From a bacterium (lineage in GTDB: Bacteria > JADJOY01): a DNA stretch of 64,000 nucleotides. Where the stretch lies: positions 1 to 64,000 of the forward strand of contig JAXLQJ010000013.1 of assembly GCA_046331705.1 (NCBI GenBank). The letters run 5' to 3'. Under the pieces are notes generated by a model that did no database searches, was not told the DNA's origin, and worked only from the letters and a program-made list of their open reading frames with translations. The position numbers and the translations under genes were made by a program. Positions 41,190-52,635 of the stretch are shown here, one piece after another (positions within the stretch are counted from its first letter, which is position 1; the number at the start of each line of letters is the position of its first letter).

Positions 41190-42445
41190 GACGAGGCCTC
41201 CGACGCCAGCGAGCGGATCGCCCGGGGAAGCGCGGGCGAGGCCTTGCGGGTTCCGGCGATCGCCGCGCGGCGGAGCGGACCGACGAGGGCGAGCAAGCTC
41301 ACCAGCGCCGACGCCGCCACCGGCTGGAAGAGAATCGCCTCGAGCAGCTTTCCGAGGCGCAGCAGGCCGTGCTTGTCCTCGCGCTCCGCGGCTCGCGCCA
41401 GCTCGATCATCGGTTCGAGGGCGAGCCGTCCCTGGAGCCGCGCGTCGAGCAGCGCCGCCGCGACTCGGCCGGCGCGCATCGCCATGCACATGCCCTCGCC
41501 CGCGAGCGGCGAGACCATGCCGCTCGCGTCCCCGGCGAGCAGCAGATCGCGCGGACGCAGGTCGTCCGGAACGACGCCGGTGCCGAAATGGCTCTGGACC
41601 GCCTGGATCGGATCCGCGAGCGGCTGGAACGCGGCGAGGCGCTGGCCCAGATGGCGATTGCGTCCGGCGATCCAGGCGAGAAAACGCTCCGGTGTCCGAT
41701 GCGGCCGGAACACCTCGGTACGCGCGATCAAGCACACGTTGACGCGCCCGCCCTCGATCGGGTTGAGACCGCAGTAGCCGCCGGGAAACGCATGGATCTC
41801 GACCACGTCGCCGAGCCCGTCGAGGGTGCCGTGCTGCTTGAGCCCGAGCAGCGGCCCTTCGTCTCGATCGGGGCCGGTGCCAGCGCTCACGAGCCGGCGC
41901 CATTCGGTGTGCAGCTTGCCGGTCGCGAGCAGCACCTCGGAGCACGGGATGGTCACGGCGTCGGTGACGACCCGGAGGGAGGGCTCGTCGGCGCTGGCGG
42001 TGACACGCTCGAGCTGGCGCACGCGCTCGCCGTCGAGCACGTCCACACCTGCGGCGCGCGCCTGGCGCGCGAGCTCCGCGTCGAGCGCGAAGCGGCTCAG
42101 CCCGAGGGCGGTACCGGGTAGCCGGTCGGCGAACGGTCGACCCCACGGCGCGGTGAAGCGGGTGCGGCGGATCGGCGCGCCCAGCGCGCGCATCGGCGCG
42201 ACGTCGAAGCCCGCGGCGGCGAGCAACGCGTCGAACTCGGGCGAGAGGAACTCGCCGCACAAACGATGGAAGGGGTAGCGCTTCGCCTCGACGAGCATCA
42301 CGCTGCGCCCGCGCTTGGCGAGCACGAACGCGGCCGTGATGCCCGCGATGCCGCCGCCCACGATCGCGACGTCGACGCACGACGCGTGGCGCGTCGCCGG
42401 CGAGCCCCCGCCCACGATGCCCGCGCGGTTCGCGGTCGCTTCCAT
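41186..42445 (-). CDS. FAD-dependent oxidoreductase (geranylgeranyl reductase / flavin monooxygenase-like)
   Basis: DVAIVGGGIAG, YPFHRLCGEFLS, AGDASGMVSPLAGEGM. Confidence 0.88.
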   Translation of the reverse strand: MEATANRAGIVGGGSPATRHASCVDVAIVGGGIAGITAAFVLAKRGRSVMLVEAKRYPFHRLCGEFLSPEFDALLAAAGFDVAPMRALGAPIRRTRFTAPWGRPFADRLPGTALGLSRFALDAELARQARAAGVDVLDGERVRQLERVTASADEPSLRVVTDAVTIPCSEVLLATGKLHTEWRRLVSAGTGPDRDEGPLLGLKQHGTLDGLGDVVEIHAFPGGYCGLNPIEGGRVNVCLIARTEVFRPHRTPERFLAWIAGRNRHLGQRLAAFQPLADPIQAVQSHFGTGVVPDDLRPRDLLLAGDASGMVSPLAGEGMCMAMRAGRVAAALLDARLQGRLALEPMIELARAAEREDKHGLLRLGKLLEAILFQPVAASALVSLLALVGPLRRAAIAGTRKASPALPRAIRSLASEASS

Positions 42446-44688
42446 CAACGGCTCGCGACGGGCAGGAGGCCCGCGCCGCGCAGATTGGCCAGGAACTGGG
42501 CACCCACGGGCGAGCCCTCGCGATAGAGCACCGCCGGCTCGCCGATCGGCGCCGCGAGCGTGACGCGCGACCCGTGATCGGGCGATCCGAGCACGCGCTC
42601 GCTCCACACGTGAACCCAGCGCCCCGCCGGGAGATAGGCCTCCACCTGGGTGGCGCCGGCGTGGGTGACGGGCACCACCAGCAGCTCCGAGCCGAGCATC
42701 AGGTGATCGACGAGCGAGAGCACGTTGGGATCGTCGGGAAACTCGAGCCACGGGTGGCGCACCACGGGTACGCCCGTCGCCGCGGCTTGGTTCATCAGCT
42801 CGCGCCGGTAGAAGGCGAGCGCCTGGAAGATCCGGGTGCAACGTGCGAGCTGCGCGAGCGTGTCCTCGTCCGAGTCGAACTGGACGTTGGCCGCGGGCTG
42901 GTTGCCTTCGTGGGTCCGGAACACCGGCTGGAACGCGCCGAGCTCCATCCAGCGCAGCAGCAGCTCCTTGGTGCGCGTGACGCCCAGGATGCTCACCGAG
43001 GTGTAGCCGCCCACGTCGCCGTGGTCGAGGCTGAAGCCGGAGAGGCCCGCGGAGAGCAGCCCCTTCACCGCGGATGCGAGGCCATCGCTGCCATCGAAGG
43101 TGACCATCTGATCGCCGAGCCACATCAGCCGCGTGAGCCCCGGGCTCCGGGTGAAGGCGCTGCGCGTGAAGAAGACGACGTCGTCGGTGCGCCCCGTCTC
43201 GGCGATCGCGTCCCGCGTGAGCCTGGCCCACTCCTCGGGATAGCGGTTGTGAACGGTTGCCGCCGGCTCGCCGGAGGCGAGCCTCGCATCGAACGGCAAC
43301 GCCTCGCCGAAATCCGCCATCCATCCCGCCGCCCCGACACCCAGGACCTCGTCGCGCAACACGTCCTTGAACCAGGTGCGCGTGGCTGGATTCGTGAGGT
43401 CGAGTAACCCGGCGCTGAAGCTGGTGTTGGGGATGAGATAGCGCGAGCCGTCCTCGCGCGCGACCAGATAACCGGCGTCCGCCGCTTCGCGAAACAGGTT
43501 GCGCGTGCCAGCGCCGCGCTCGGCGACGTCGACGAGGAACGGGTTCACGTAGGTCAGCACGCGGATGCCCTCGGCGCCGAGCTCGCTCACCAGCTCGTCC
43601 CATCCCGGGTAGCGCTGGCGATCGAGCACCCAATTCCACCAGAGCTGCTGCCCGATGACCGTCTGCCGCTGCCCTTCCCAATCCTGGAGCCAGAACGCGG
43701 CGACGGGCACGCCGTGCTCGCGGACCCGCGCCAGCTTGGCGCGCACGACGTCCGTGCCGCCCTGCACGCCCAGCACGGCGCCCTGGCCGATCCAGTCGGG
43801 AAGCGGCTGCATGCGGCCCGCGTGACGGGTGTAGATCTCGAGAGCGCTGGACGGCGACTCGGCGTCCAGCCAGGCGCCGCGCAGCTCGGTACCGAGCAGC
43901 TCGACGGTCGTGACGTCGGGCTGGGTGAGATCGACGAACGCGGGCTCGGTGTTCTCGAGGTAGCCGGCGCCGAGGCGCGAGCTGATCCAGAACGGCACCG
44001 CGGCGTAGGTGGAGAGCGGTCCACCACCCGACCCGGGAGACACCAGATTCACGAGCGCGGTCAGCGGCTGCGCGCCGCGGCCGATTCCTTGTTCCTCGAC
44101 CAGGATCGGCACGCGCTGGCCCTTGAGATCGAGGTAGGTGAATTGCTCGCCGAAACCGAAGACGTGCTCGTCCGGGTCGGCGCGCGAGACCAGCCGCACC
44201 CGATCGACGCCCGCGCCCTCGACGGAGAGCGCGAACGCGAGTGATCCGCCCGCGGGGTCCGCCTCGAGCGCCAGGCGGTAGCGCGCGGCGCAGCCAGCGC
44301 CGGTCAGGCGCCCTCCGATCACCAGCGCGTCACCCTCGCGAGTGACTCGATCGATCGTCTGCGTTCCGCACTCCGCGCGGACCTGGGAGTCGATCTCGAA
44401 CGAGCCGCGCTCCTCGCGCACGGTGGTCTCCGCCACCGCCGCGGTGACGAACGGCAGGCCTTCCGGGGAGGACCAGATCTCGCGACTCGAGTCGACGGCG
44501 CGCGCGATGCGAAGGACCGGCGGGTGCGCCGCGGTCGCCGCCGCCAGCTCGACCTGGAACGCGCCCACGATCGAAGGCTGGCCGGGAATCGTGTCCGCCG
44601 CGCCGCCGCAGCCGACCAGCGCCACGAGCCACGCCGACACGCCTCCGGCACGGGCTCGCGCTCGCCGGGTTTCGATCTTCGCGGCCAT
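42445..44688 (-). CDS. GH31 alpha-glucosidase, YihQ/sulfoquinovosidase-like, probable lipoprotein
   Basis: GFGEQF, WLQDWEG, WWNW, YVNP, GWMADFGE (nucleophile), WLGDQ, DVGGY, FRTHEGN; lipobox-like LVGC. Confidence 0.88.
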   Translation of the reverse strand: MAAKIETRRARARAGGVSAWLVALVGCGGAADTIPGQPSIVGAFQVELAAATAAHPPVLRIARAVDSSREIWSSPEGLPFVTAAVAETTVREERGSFEIDSQVRAECGTQTIDRVTREGDALVIGGRLTGAGCAARYRLALEADPAGGSLAFALSVEGAGVDRVRLVSRADPDEHVFGFGEQFTYLDLKGQRVPILVEEQGIGRGAQPLTALVNLVSPGSGGGPLSTYAAVPFWISSRLGAGYLENTEPAFVDLTQPDVTTVELLGTELRGAWLDAESPSSALEIYTRHAGRMQPLPDWIGQGAVLGVQGGTDVVRAKLARVREHGVPVAAFWLQDWEGQRQTVIGQQLWWNWVLDRQRYPGWDELVSELGAEGIRVLTYVNPFLVDVAERGAGTRNLFREAADAGYLVAREDGSRYLIPNTSFSAGLLDLTNPATRTWFKDVLRDEVLGVGAAGWMADFGEALPFDARLASGEPAATVHNRYPEEWARLTRDAIAETGRTDDVVFFTRSAFTRSPGLTRLMWLGDQMVTFDGSDGLASAVKGLLSAGLSGFSLDHGDVGGYTSVSILGVTRTKELLLRWMELGAFQPVFRTHEGNQPAANVQFDSDEDTLAQLARCTRIFQALAFYRRELMNQAAATGVPVVRHPWLEFPDDPNVLSLVDHLMLGSELLVVPVTHAGATQVEAYLPAGRWVHVWSERVLGSPDHGSRVTLAAPIGEPAVLYREGSPVGAQFLANLRGAGLLPVASR

Positions 44689-44992
44689 CGACGCGGGAGC
44701 CTAGTCGCAAGCCGCGGCCAGTGTCTCACGCCGCCGCGCGTCGCACCGGCGATACCGAGCGACGTCTCATCGTCGAGCCGATGAGACGCACGCGCGGGTG
44801 CGCGCATCGGGCGCGCGAGACCACGAACACCGCGGGAAACGCGGGTTTCGCGCTGGCGCGATCCGTCCGTCACGCCGCGCGTCGCGCGGCACGTCGCTGG
44901 CACCGGCCAGCGACACCTCGCGCTCGCCCGGCATCTCGCTCCATCCAACCGCGAGATCGCCGTGGCGAGCGCACGAACCCGTGGAGGACGTC

Positions 44993-46093
44993 ATGAAATC
45001 GTTCGTCGTGAAGCTCGTCGCGACCGTGAGTCTGCTCGCGCCCTTCGGCGCGGCACTCGCGGTGCCCGCTCGCGCCCAGGCACCCGCGGCCGAGGCGTTC
45101 TGGGATCCCGCGGATCCAGCACCCACCGGCGTGATCGACGGCATCTACAACGGCCCGACCTACGCCACCAACTTCCGCATGAACGGCAGCACCGACGGCG
45201 TCGGCAACGGCAGCGGCAACACCCTGAGCTACCTGTTCGGCTATGCGAAGCCCGCCACCAACAAGAAGCTCAGCATCTGGCTGACGAAGGGAAACAACAC
45301 GCCGATCAACATCGCGAGCGCGGTTCCGGTCGACATCACCGGCAAGTGGAGTCTGACGCTGAATCCCGCGCAATCGATCGTCGCTCCCGGCGGGAGCGTG
45401 ACGACCGTGCGATTGCTCTTGTGCGAGTACGTCGCGGGCACGCCGGGTGTGGACCCGTACGACAAGACCACGCTCTTCTGCGGGCCGTTCGGAGCCAACT
45501 CGTACGACACCCGCTACGACATCTTCGACGACGGCCTGGTGGTCCAGAAGCAGAACGACAACCAGAGCCGCATGACTCGCGGCACGCTCTACACGCCCAA
45601 CAACACGCTCTGGCTCTGCCGCGGATGGGTCTTCGACGGCCCGTCCACGACACAGGATGGCTATCCGGACGTGGCGTCGACCGGCCAGGACTGGGGGATC
45701 AACCCGCCTGGCCACGCGATCACCAAGTACCAGGTGGACAAGAACTGCGCCGGCAACGGCGGTCCGACGTGGTGCGATCCCGCTCCAGCCATTCAGGTGA
45801 ACGGTGCGCTCGCCGGCCAAGGGGAAGAGTTCCAGTGGGTCTACGGCGGCATGATGTGCTCGGGCCAGAACCGCACGACGATCACCATGGCGGCGGCGTA
45901 TCGCGACGAGCTGACGCTCTATCCCGCGCTCTTCGAGGCGCTCTTCGATCAACCGATCCGGATCGAGGTCTCCGCCGGCAGCGGGTGCAGCTCGGGTTCG
46001 GTCGCGGGGATCGCGCCCGTCTCGGCGCTGGTGCTGGGCGTGGGCATGCGCAGACGCGGCGCCCGCCGCCGGCACGCGCGCTCCTCGGAGTGA
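44993..46093 (+). CDS. Secreted hypothetical protein with MYXO-CTERM-like C-terminal sorting tail
   Basis: AGGA RBS; signal peptide ending ARA; C-terminal GSGCS + hydrophobic helix + RRR. Confidence 0.75.
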   Translation: MKSFVVKLVATVSLLAPFGAALAVPARAQAPAAEAFWDPADPAPTGVIDGIYNGPTYATNFRMNGSTDGVGNGSGNTLSYLFGYAKPATNKKLSIWLTKGNNTPINIASAVPVDITGKWSLTLNPAQSIVAPGGSVTTVRLLLCEYVAGTPGVDPYDKTTLFCGPFGANSYDTRYDIFDDGLVVQKQNDNQSRMTRGTLYTPNNTLWLCRGWVFDGPSTTQDGYPDVASTGQDWGINPPGHAITKYQVDKNCAGNGGPTWCDPAPAIQVNGALAGQGEEFQWVYGGMMCSGQNRTTITMAAAYRDELTLYPALFEALFDQPIRIEVSAGSGCSSGSVAGIAPVSALVLGVGMRRRGARRRHARSSE

Positions 46094-46097
46094 TCGC

Positions 46098-47711
46098 TCA
46101 CGAGTCGGTGGACGAGTCCCAGCGAATCCGCTCGGGACTCGTCACACCGGCCCGTTTGAGCCGCACTCCCGCTCGCAGCGCCGCGAGCTCGGGGCTCCCC
46201 AGCAAACCCTGCGCGGCCACGTACAGAACCAGACCGCCTGCCACGCCGATAGCCAGCCAGACCAGCGGAGGCAACGCCGAGCCGGGTGCCAGCCAGTCGA
46301 AGCGCGCGCGAGCCCAACGCGTCCACCACACCATCGGGAGGCACGCGAGCACCATGCGAGCACTCGCTCGCGCCAGCGCGCCGCTGTCGAGATCGCGCAA
46401 CCATCGCCCTCGCAGCACGCGATACGTGACGACGAGCTGAACCCATGCCGAGATCGACGTGGCGAGCGCCAGCCCGCCGTGACCGAGCCACGGCATCAGC
46501 GCCAGGCTGCCGAGCAGGTTGACGACGAACGCGAGCGCCGCGATGCGCGCCGGAGCGCGGGGGTCCTGCGAGGAATAGAAGACCTGCGTCAAGATGCGTC
46601 CCGCAGCGATGGGGACCAGCCCCAGCGCGTAGAGCTCGAGGGCGCGCGCCGTCATGGCGACGTCGTGGGCCAGGAACACTCCGCGTCGGAAGATCACGCT
46701 CACGATCGGCGTCGCGAGCACCCACAGCGCGATCGCCGACGGCACCGTCAGGAACAGGATCACCCGCACCGCGGTCTCCGTGGTGTCGTGCAGGTCCCGG
46801 CTGCGTCCCTCGTGGGCTTGCGACGAGAGCGTGGGAAGCATCGCGGTGCTGAGCGCGATCACGAACAAGCCGAGCGGCAGCTGGAAGACGCGATCGGCGT
46901 AGTGGAGCCACGAGATCGCGCCCGGCACCAGCCACGAGGCGAGCAGCGTCCCCATGAAGACGTTCGCCTGGTAGATCGCGATCCCGAACGTCGCCGGGCC
47001 TAGCAAGCGCAAGATCTTCCCGACCTCGGGATCGCCGCGCTCGAAGCGCAGGCGCGGGTCGAAGCCGATCGCGCGCAGCACCGGGGCGTGGGCCAGGAGC
47101 TGCAGCACGCCGGCCAGGATCACCGACCACGCCAGACCCAAGATCGGCGGATCGAACCAGCGCGACATCATCAACGCGCCGGTGAGCAGCGCCACGTTGT
47201 AGAGGATGGGATGGAAGGCGGGCAGGAAGAAGCGATCGAACGCGTTCAGGACGCCCTGCAGCAACCCCACCAGCCCGATGAAGATCAAGTAGGGAAACGT
47301 CACGTGCAACAAGCGCGTGGCGAGCTCGAGGCGGACCGGATCGCGGATGAAGCCAAGGGCCAGGACGCGCACCACCAGCGGCGAGGCGATCGAGCCCGCG
47401 ATCCCCACCACCAGCACGACCAGCAAGAAGAAGGACCAGGTGATCTGCGCGATCCGAAGCGCCCGCGGATCACCCTGACGGCTGCGCGCTTCGCGCAGCA
47501 CCGGCACCATCGCCACCGTCAGCGTCCCTTCGCCGAGCAGGCGCCGCAGCGTGTTGGGGATCCGCAGCGCGACCCAGAACGCATCCGCCGCGGGCGTCGC
47601 ACCGAACGCGTGCGCGATGGCCATGTCCCGGAACATGCCGAGGAAACGGCTGACGAGCGTCACGGCGGCGACCAGGCCCGCGGCGCGAACGACCCGCTGG
47701 TTCTCGCTCAC
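46098..47711 (-). CDS. murJ: Lipid II flippase MurJ (MviN)
   Basis: SRFLGMFRD, ADAFWVALRIPNTLRRLLGEG, YADRVFQLPLG. Confidence 0.95.
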   Translation of the reverse strand: MSENQRVVRAAGLVAAVTLVSRFLGMFRDMAIAHAFGATPAADAFWVALRIPNTLRRLLGEGTLTVAMVPVLREARSRQGDPRALRIAQITWSFFLLVVLVVGIAGSIASPLVVRVLALGFIRDPVRLELATRLLHVTFPYLIFIGLVGLLQGVLNAFDRFFLPAFHPILYNVALLTGALMMSRWFDPPILGLAWSVILAGVLQLLAHAPVLRAIGFDPRLRFERGDPEVGKILRLLGPATFGIAIYQANVFMGTLLASWLVPGAISWLHYADRVFQLPLGLFVIALSTAMLPTLSSQAHEGRSRDLHDTTETAVRVILFLTVPSAIALWVLATPIVSVIFRRGVFLAHDVAMTARALELYALGLVPIAAGRILTQVFYSSQDPRAPARIAALAFVVNLLGSLALMPWLGHGGLALATSISAWVQLVVTYRVLRGRWLRDLDSGALARASARMVLACLPMVWWTRWARARFDWLAPGSALPPLVWLAIGVAGGLVLYVAAQGLLGSPELAALRAGVRLKRAGVTSPERIRWDSSTDS

Positions 47712-47801
47712 CCGCGCCCCCGTGATGCGTCCCCTGCGCGCCCGGGGGCGAACCCAGAGGCGGTCCCGGGGAGCCGAGCGCTAACCGCGCGCCGGCTCGG
47801 G

Positions 47802-47832
47802 TTGACACCGCGCGCCATCGTCTGCTTAACCT
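47802..47832 (+). promoter_or_regulatory. Candidate sigma70 promoter of rpsT
   Basis: Perfect TTGACA at 47802; TAACCT at 47827 (19-bp spacer, which is long). Confidence 0.4.
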
Positions 47833-47881
47833 TGCTGTTTTTGCGCCGCATTTCTCGCGGCGATCCCTCGGAGGCGTCCTC

Positions 47882-48157
47882 GTGGCGGATCACGTTTCAG
47901 CCCTCAAGCGCAATCGTCAGAGTCTCAAGCGGCAGGCACGCAACCGGAAGGTGCGCGCCCGGGTTCGAACCTTCGTGAAGAAGGCGCGGGAGGCCCTCGA
48001 GGAATCCGACGCCCCGGCGGCGGTCGCCGCCGCCCGCACCGCGGAAAGCGAGCTCGCGCGGGCGGCACGCAAGGGTGTCGTTCACCCGCGGAACGCCGCG
48101 CGGCGAGCCGGTCGACTGGCCCGTCAGGCCGCGGCCAAGTCCAGCGCCAAGAGCTGA
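47882..48157 (+). CDS. rpsT: 30S ribosomal protein S20
   Basis: SALKRNRQSLKRQARNR, KGVVHPRNAARR; GGAGG RBS. Confidence 0.95.
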   Translation: MADHVSALKRNRQSLKRQARNRKVRARVRTFVKKAREALEESDAPAAVAAARTAESELARAARKGVVHPRNAARRAGRLARQAAAKSSAKS

Positions 48158-48168
48158 CCGCGCTCCTC

Positions 48169-48232
48169 GCCTCGCAGCGCGAGGCATCCGCATCGAGCAA
48201 ACGGCGCCTCGGACCTCGTCCGAGACGCCGTT
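48169..48232. terminator. Two hairpins between convergent rpsT and lptE
   Basis: GCCTCGC-AGC-GCGAGGC (48169-48185) and AACGGCGcCTCGGAC-CTC-GTCCGAGaCGCCGTT (48200-48232). Confidence 0.6.
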
Positions 48233-48275
48233 CGTGTCTCCGCCGCTACGCACTCGCCGGGCCGCGCGCCTGCGC

Positions 48276-48865
48276 TCAGAAGTCTTCGAGCATCCGCGAG
48301 TAGATCGACTTGGCCATGCGCCGTGACAGGCGCTCGATGGCCGCAGCCGACTCTTCCTGCGTGATCTCGATGTCGTCGAGGTTGTTGAACGTCGACGAGC
48401 GGCCGATGAACTCGGGCGAACGCGTCACCACGGCGTCCGCGGTGACCGCGAACTCCTCCTTGTCGCTCACCCCGTTGTCCGCCCACAGCACCTTGCCGTC
48501 GCGCGCACGCTCGAGCGACACGGAGAGCACCACGGTCATCTGCGCTTCGAGCGCCTCGTCGGTCTCGGAGAACGAGACCGCGCGCACGCGCACCCGCCGC
48601 ACCAGGCCCTTGACCACGGCATTCGCGTCGGCGACGTCGTCCACGATGCGCACCTGACGTCCGCGCACGAATTGCTGGATGAGCGCCTCGGTGAAATCGA
48701 GCTCGACACCTTCCAGGTCGCTGTCGTTGCGGAAGATCGGGATCGCCACCGTCTTCACGTCGCTCGGCAGCGCGTTGCCCGTGCCCTGGAATTGATAGCC
48801 GCACGCGCCCACGCTCGCGACCAGCGCGAGCAGCGGCACGAGCGAGCCCATCCGGCGGCCGAAGC

Positions 48866-48869
<4 letters not shown>
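48276..48869 (-). CDS. lptE: LPS assembly lipoprotein LptE family
   Basis: Lipobox [14 protein letters not shown]; directly downstream of leuS with ATGA overlap. Confidence 0.8.
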
Positions 48870-51373
<2,504 letters not shown>

Positions 51374-51517
51374 GGCGGGTGCTGCTCGCGGAATCGGGGG
51401 AAGCTGCGGAGAATCGGCGAAGAATAGGAAGCGGTCTCGGCGAATGCAATCTCGCGTGATCCGGGGTCCGAGCGCCAGACCGCTCCCACGCCGCGCTGCA
51501 CGCGGGGCGAGCGCGAC

Positions 51518-52048
51518 TCAAGCGGGCACTCGTACGCGACTCTCCTCCGCGAGCGCCGCCAGCGCCGCGCGCTCCTCGCCGGTGAGGATCTCGCTCGGCA
51601 CCAGCACGAGGGCATCGCTCGCCTCGAGACCGCTCGATGCCGGCAACGCGATCGCGCCTCGGATCGACCCGCGATCGACGCCGTTCGGCGCGGCGAGCTC
51701 TGCAGGCGGCATGCGAGCCAACCCGCGCACCACGCGGATCGCGTCGTCGACGATGAATCCGACCACGAAGGGGGGGACCCGAGCGAGCACGATGCGGCCC
51801 GCGCCGGCGCGGCTCGGATCGCTTCGCCAGCGCTCGCGAAGATCCACGACCGGCACCAGCAAGCGGCGGATGGACAGGGCGCCGGCGACGAATCCAGGCA
51901 AGCGCGAGTCGCGAGCCAGCGGCGCCGGCAAGCGAACCTCGCGCACCTGATCGACCGGCCAGGCGCACAGGCAATCTCCGACCCGAACCAGCAGGAAGCC
52001 CTCCGCCCCCGGCAGCCAGGTGGTGGCGGTCGCCGTGCCGGCGCTCAT
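51518..52048 (-). CDS. CheW-like coupling protein
   Basis: AWPVDQVREV, LPGFVAGALSIR..VPVVDL, VGFIVD. Confidence 0.75.
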   Translation of the reverse strand: MSAGTATATTWLPGAEGFLLVRVGDCLCAWPVDQVREVRLPAPLARDSRLPGFVAGALSIRRLLVPVVDLRERWRSDPSRAGAGRIVLARVPPFVVGFIVDDAIRVVRGLARMPPAELAAPNGVDRGSIRGAIALPASSGLEASDALVLVPSEILTGEERAALAALAEESRVRVPA

Positions 52049-52635
52049 TCGCCCTGGGCCCCCGGAAACCGCTCGGGCATCGCGCGCTCGACCTCCCGCA
52101 CGGTCTCCACGAGATCGACGATCGGTACGCGGCAGCGCTCTCGCACGGCGGGGGGGACGTGCGAGCTCTCGTCGAGCCGCTCCGGCGCGAGCTCGAGCAC
52201 GCCGACGCAGTCGAGCCGCGTGGCGACGCCCGACGGTACGGGAGCAGCCACGATCGCCGACTCCGGCACGCGACAAGCGCCCACCAGCTCGTCGACCACG
52301 ATCCCCACGGTGGCCTCCTCGAAGGGCACCAGGATCAACGTGCGACGCGCGTCCGGCTGGCCGCTGGCGGCGCCGAGGAAGCGATCGAGATCGATGATGG
52401 GCACGACGCGTCCGCGCCACGGCAGCACCCCGAGCAGCGACGCGGGCGCGCCGGGAACGGGCGTGAGCCCGCCGGGCAGGCGTGCGACCTCGTCGACGTC
52501 CGTGAGCGGCGTCGCGAGAAGCGTGCCCGCGGTGGCGACCAGCAGCAGCTCGCGCTGCGCGGCGAGGACGGCACGATGGCGAGGCGCGGCGCCGAACAGC
52601 GCCTGTTCGGTGGCGAGCTCCCCGCCGACGCTCAT
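52045..52635 (-). CDS. cheW: CheW-like coupling protein
   Basis: VDEV..TPVPGAP..LGVLPWRGRVVPIIDL, VGIVVD. Confidence 0.85.
   Translation of the reverse strand: MSVGGELATEQALFGAAPRHRAVLAAQRELLLVATAGTLLATPLTDVDEVARLPGGLTPVPGAPASLLGVLPWRGRVVPIIDLDRFLGAASGQPDARRTLILVPFEEATVGIVVDELVGACRVPESAIVAAPVPSGVATRLDCVGVLELAPERLDESSHVPPAVRERCRVPIVDLVETVREVERAMPERFPGAQGE

Noticed and set aside
40299-43681. 734-aa and 831-aa ORFs as fusion proteins
   Set aside because: The real genes start at 41189 and 42445 with stop/start overlaps; the extensions are out-of-frame read-through of upstream genes.
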